From positions 1 to 40,536 of IMG/VR virus record IMGVR_UViG_3300031965_000078: a stretch of DNA of 40,536 bases. One strand, given 5' to 3'. The stretch's first letter is position 1. Every line of letters begins with the position of its first letter. Shown one piece after another: positions 37,301-40,536 of the stretch. The translations under genes and the position numbers were made by a program. The notes below the pieces were generated by a model. That model searched no databases. It had not been told where the DNA came from and saw only the letters and a list, made by a program, of their open reading frames with translations. Source of the stretch: a virus (lineage: Duplodnaviria > Caudoviricetes).

Positions 37301-37534
37301 TTATAACCCGGCGGAACATTGATAGTGATATGACGCTGTTTTCCCGAACGGGGGGGGGGGTGACTTTTTTGTTTTTGGGCTGATCGTTTCCTTTTTCAAG
37401 CCCAACACGGACGCACGAACAGAAACCGCTTTTTTAGTCCTGCCAAGCTTCTTGGCGAGTCGCTGTGTCGGCGCATGTGCATATTCATCTTTGATGATCT
37501 TGTCGTCTTGAGTCGTCCATATTTTCCTTTTCAT
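37301..37534 (-). CDS. Small Myb/HTH-like DNA-binding protein
   Basis: WT..DD.....Y...LA..LGRT..AV..RA..LGL. Confidence 0.65.
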   Translation of the reverse strand: MKRKIWTTQDDKIIKDEYAHAPTQRLAKKLGRTKKAVSVRASVLGLKKETISPKTKKSPPPPFGKTASYHYQCSAGL

Positions 37535-37535
37535 T

Positions 37536-37745
37536 TCATTTGCTTCCTTGTTGGTGGTTGTGGGTGTTGCTGGAATAGGCCCATGCAAGACAGGCTACCC
37601 ATGCAACAAGAGTCCATCCTAAAAAAAGATTCAGGATGAAAATTGGTGTTGCGTTCTTATGACCGCGCTTGCGGGCATAGTACGCTGGCGCAAAATAGAT
37701 GAAGGCTATGATACACCATGTGATAAGCGGAATGATCCAGTCCAT
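37536..37745 (-). CDS. Superinfection immunity protein (T4 Imm-like)
   Basis: YF.P...A..R.H.N...IF.LNLFLGWT..AW...L.WA. Confidence 0.88.
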   Translation of the reverse strand: MDWIIPLITWCIIAFIYFAPAYYARKRGHKNATPIFILNLFLGWTLVAWVACLAWAYSSNTHNHQQGSK

Positions 37746-37816
37746 TTTTATTCCCTTGGCTGTGGGCTTGAAAGGAAGGGTGCGGCCACCCGAAGACAGC
37801 CGCACCCCGCCGATGG

Positions 37817-37951
37817 TTAAAGTGAGTCGTGATCGTCAAGGTCTTTGGAAATGCTGTACAGCACCAAAGCCCCATAGGATACGATTCCCAAGATAACCAG
37901 AACGGCAATCGCTATGATCTTCAAGATCAAAGTTACATCTATGCAGAACAT
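37817..37951 (-). CDS. Small single-TM protein (44 aa)
   Basis: Not in the ORF track: MFCIDVTLILKIIAIAVLVILGIVSYGALVLYSISKDLDDHDSL*, with AAGGAG RBS. Confidence 0.55.
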   Translation of the reverse strand: MFCIDVTLILKIIAIAVLVILGIVSYGALVLYSISKDLDDHDSL

Positions 37952-37986
37952 AGCTTCTCCTTTCTAGCTAGAAGTTCCCGATAAAC

Positions 37987-38053
37987 TGGTTAGGCTCATC
38001 AGGGCGGGCACCATACCCGCCGACACAGGGCCGGGGAACCCCGTGTTTCGCCT
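37987..38053 (-). ncRNA. Type II hammerhead ribozyme
   Basis: AGGC-GAAA-CACGGGG..CCCUGUG-UC^-GGCGGG..CCCGCC-CUGAUGA-GCCU: full catalytic core and three stems. Confidence 0.9.
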
Positions 38054-38058
38054 TGTCG

Positions 38059-38481
38059 TTAGCGGTTTAAATCATCCCAATCATCGGTGTGATCGGACGG
38101 AAAGGCGGCGGCATAGTCCGCATCACCTTCCGCAATCAGGCGGTGTCCGCAATGATCCGTGTAGGAAATGCCGCGATTATCCTTCATCCATTTCAGTTGC
38201 GCGGCGGAAAATCGCAGCACATCATGAACAAGAACCGGGGTGTATGTGGCACAGGCCGCCGCCGCCAGTGCGGAACCTTCTTCACGCGCCTTAGCCGTGC
38301 GATAGGAAATAGTTTTTCCCTCGCCGCCAAGGGCTGTGCTGATCCCGATATCAACCGCTTCGCCAGCGATAAGCCCGGCGGCGATAGCCAGCGGAAGCGG
38401 GGGAAGGAAAGCGTGTGCCGGGGCGGAAGCCGCCAGCATCGCGGAAACGGCGATTGCCGAAAAGATTTTCTTGGTTTTCAT
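38059..38481 (-). CDS. Secreted/envelope protein with signal peptide
   Basis: AAGGGAG RBS; MKTKKIFSAIAVSAMLAASAPAHA signal peptide. Confidence 0.7.
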   Translation of the reverse strand: MKTKKIFSAIAVSAMLAASAPAHAFLPPLPLAIAAGLIAGEAVDIGISTALGGEGKTISYRTAKAREEGSALAAAACATYTPVLVHDVLRFSAAQLKWMKDNRGISYTDHCGHRLIAEGDADYAAAFPSDHTDDWDDLNR

Positions 38482-38690
38482 GGTTAAGTCTCCCTTTTGT
38501 TGCTGTGGGTTTGGTTGTTGTTCCCGCAAGGCAACCATGCCTTCCGGTGTTCGCACGTAGTGCGTACTCTCTTGTAGCTTTTGGCCGTAGTATTGTTCAT
38601 GCATTGCCTATGCTCTCCTGAAAAGCGTTCCAAACATCTTTCACCGCCCTTTCCAGCGCGTCATATCGCGCTAACCATTCCTGAACCTCA

Positions 38691-38996
38691 TCATCCGCGC
38701 CTTGCCCTTGATATTAGTTTGTGTAATTTTTTGTATCTTTCGGACTGGTTATCAAATTCAGGTTCAAAGGCGTTGTATTCTTTTTCCAAAGAAATTTCCG
38801 CTTCAACCAAAAGCCCGGCAAAAACATCTTCATCAATCGGGCGCATTTCGCTTGCAGGTGGATCAAAATTCCACGTGCTTTCCGCATTGGCGATGGCAGT
38901 TTTAAGCGGCCTGTCATTGCCAACAAGCTGTTCGCCGTTCTTGTTGATGGCGTAGGCGGCCATACCGTCTATGAAGCCTTTTTTGTATGCAGTCAT
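38691..38996 (-). CDS. Hypothetical protein
   Basis: AAGGA RBS; ATGA coupling. Confidence 0.6.
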   Translation of the reverse strand: MTAYKKGFIDGMAAYAINKNGEQLVGNDRPLKTAIANAESTWNFDPPASEMRPIDEDVFAGLLVEAEISLEKEYNAFEPEFDNQSERYKKLHKLISRARRG

Positions 38997-39262
38997 TGCT
39001 TTTTCCTTTTCGTTTTTTCTACAAGCCGTTTGTTATTAGTGTGGCAGTCAAGGCGAATTTGCCCAAGGTATCCATCTTCTGGGCGCGGTGCGGAAAATCT
39101 CGGATAGTCCACGAAGATTGTTCCGTAATCGAAATTCCGCATCCCATCACTGATCCCCACGCAAAGTGGAACATCCATGATGTGTTCAAGATCATCTGTT
39201 CCTTGTTGCTTTTTCAGTTTCTCCAAAAGAATCCGGAGTGTCATGTATCGCGGGCGGGTCAT
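38993..39262 (-). CDS. Hypothetical protein
   Basis: GAGGA RBS. Confidence 0.6.
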   Translation of the reverse strand: MTRPRYMTLRILLEKLKKQQGTDDLEHIMDVPLCVGISDGMRNFDYGTIFVDYPRFSAPRPEDGYLGQIRLDCHTNNKRLVEKTKRKKQ

Positions 39263-39313
39263 GATTTTTTCCTCTGGCTGTGGTGGGCCGGGGCCGAAGC
39301 CCCGGCACGTTGG

Positions 39314-39637
39314 TTATGCGAATTTTTCTGCGTAATCATTTACGGGTTTCAACACGTCTTCAAGGTTTGTCGTGTAATCGCTGATTACATCGTAACCATC
39401 GTTGCCGTAGGTAAAGATAACCCATCCGATGCGTTCTTTTTCGCCCGGATTGTAAACGAAGATACAATCTTCATCCGTTGTTGCCTGTGCGTCCATCATG
39501 ACTTTTACATCTTTGGTTTTGGGTGTGGTGATTTCTTCACCGTCATAAAGGCGCAGTTCATAGCCTGCTTCAATCAGGGCTTTGCAAGCTTTGCGAAAAA
39601 TTTTTGCTTCAAGTTCGATACGAAGTTTAACTGACAT
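39314..39637 (-). CDS. Hypothetical protein (first gene of the early arm)
   Basis: AAGGAAG RBS; GW....YGN.G.DVISDY motif. Confidence 0.7.
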   Translation of the reverse strand: MSVKLRIELEAKIFRKACKALIEAGYELRLYDGEEITTPKTKDVKVMMDAQATTDEDCIFVYNPGEKERIGWVIFTYGNDGYDVISDYTTNLEDVLKPVNDYAEKFA

Positions 39638-39703
39638 TTTGATCTTCCTTTTTTAGTTGGCTGTGGTTGATGATTCGCGTTTCCGTTTCTTCATCATACT
39701 TTC

Positions 39704-39731
39704 ATCATAGCATATTCAATCAAGAGTGCAA
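39704..39731 (-). promoter_or_regulatory. Leftward early promoter TTGCAC-N16-TATGAT with ATTGAATA site
   Basis: Extended -10 (TGC-TATGAT); TGATTGAATAT in the spacer. Confidence 0.65.
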
Positions 39732-39769
39732 CTTTTTTTAAAAAAGATGGAACCTTTTTTAAAAAAAGT
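39731..39769. repeat. Perfect 16-bp A/T-tract inverted repeat between the divergent arms
   Basis: ACTTTTTTTAAAAAAG-ATGGAAC-CTTTTTTAAAAAAAGT. Confidence 0.8.
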
Positions 39770-39807
39770 AGTGTAGTATAAGGATATATCAGGGAAAAGA
39801 GGGCATA

Positions 39808-39966
39808 ATGAGCGAAAACAAGGAACATCTGGGCATTTATATGCCGGGAAATCTCAAACAAAGGCTTCAAGCCGCCGCCGAATCGGAACGAAGATCAATG
39901 TCCAGCATGGCAATTGTGCTTCTGGAACAGGCATTGGATCAGCGCGAATCACAACACACGGAATGA
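39808..39966 (+). CDS. Arc-like ribbon-helix-helix regulator (52 aa)
   Basis: Not in the ORF track: MSENKEHLGIYMPGNLKQRLQAAAESERRSMSSMAIVLLEQAL...; GAGGG RBS. Confidence 0.8.
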   Translation: MSENKEHLGIYMPGNLKQRLQAAAESERRSMSSMAIVLLEQALDQRESQHTE

Positions 39967-39969
39967 TGA

Positions 39970-40536
39970 ATGCGGGATTTTTCAAAAATAAATCCGTCCG
40001 TGTGGACATCAAAACGCTTCACATCATTGGATGATGATGGAAAACTGTTTTACCTGTACGCGCTGACTTCCCCACTTTCCAATTCATGCGGGTGCTACCG
40101 CCTTCCATACGGTTACATAATGGAAGACGTGGGATGGGATCGCACCCGCATTGATACGGTATGCCATACGGTATCCCAGACTGGTTTGATATCCTATGAC
40201 AGAACGGAATTTGTCATACTTATTGACCGCTGGTATGAGTACAACCCGCCAAACAATCCAAAGCATTGTTTGCGCGTGATTTCGGAATTAAAATCAGTTC
40301 CGGAATGTGACCTTAAGAATATGAATGCAAAGGATTTATTTGATTTTGTGAACACCCGTTCTTGGGAAAAAGAAAACGTGTTATCGAAACTTAAACCAAT
40401 GCTTTCTGATACGGTATGCCATACGGTATCCCGACTTGGCGACACAGAGACTCAAGACTCAGACAGAGACTTAGACTCCCCCCATACCCCCCAAAACGGC
40501 AAATCTGTGGATAACTTTAATATAGAAAATCACTTG
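39970..40536 (+). CDS. Replication initiator, N-terminal part (continues at position 1)
   Basis: Not in the ORF track: MRDFSKINPSVWTSKRFTSLDDDGKLFYLYALTSPLSNSCGCYRLP..., a phage replisome-organizer-like N-terminus; open to the window end. Confidence 0.8.
   Translation, partial: MRDFSKINPSVWTSKRFTSLDDDGKLFYLYALTSPLSNSCGCYRLPYGYIMEDVGWDRTRIDTVCHTVSQTGLISYDRTEFVILIDRWYEYNPPNNPKHCLRVISELKSVPECDLKNMNAKDLFDFVNTRSWEKENVLSKLKPMLSDTVCHTVSRLGDTETQDSDRDLDSPHTPQNGKSVDNFNIENHL
40152..40432 (+). repeat. Iteron-like direct repeats inside rep (putative origin)
   Basis: 26-bp TGATACGGTATGCCATACGGTATCCC at 40152-40177 and 40407-40432, each holding two ATACGGTAT units at 12-bp period; partial CCATACGGT at 40105. 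Confidence 0.75.
40506..40514 (-). promoter_or_regulatory. DnaA box
   Basis: TGTGGATAA is the reverse complement of consensus TTATCCACA; it lies next to the iterons and an AT-rich stretch. Confidence 0.6.

Noticed and set aside
1-40536. Alternative genetic code / stop-codon reassignment
   Set aside because: Core genes are full length in the standard code, and no suppressor tRNA was seen.

Overview
The window appears to be a complete, circularly permuted ~40.5 kb siphovirus-type phage genome, probably infecting an alphaproteobacterium (inference). The last 6 nt (CACTTG) equal the first 6 nt, and a replication-initiator ORF reads in frame across the junction. The + strand carries the late arm: TerS, TerL, portal, minor head, protease, scaffold, decoration, capsid, a six-enzyme glycosyl-/methyltransferase-deacetylase-kinase cluster, head-tail genes, tail tube, a -1 frameshifted chaperone, tape measure, tail tip, fibre and lysis genes. 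The - strand carries the early arm: DNA MTase, DUF2303, tRNA-CAU, a YqaJ/SSAP pair, a 3'-5' exonuclease, a superinfection-immunity protein and many small ORFs. I saw no integrase, CI-like repressor or parAB. The most striking points are: (1) an origin region combining iterons, a perfect DnaA box and a perfect chromosomal-type parS, suggesting use of host DnaA/ParB; (2) the modification cluster behind the capsid gene, including an MTase fused to a CTP-dependent riboflavin-kinase-like domain; (3) a type II hammerhead ribozyme in the early arm; (4) an ATTGAATA operator repeated over four early promoters; (5) an odd tRNA-CAU followed by a pseudoknot and a probable ATT-start gene. All protein calls come from motif recognition and gene order; no database searches were run.
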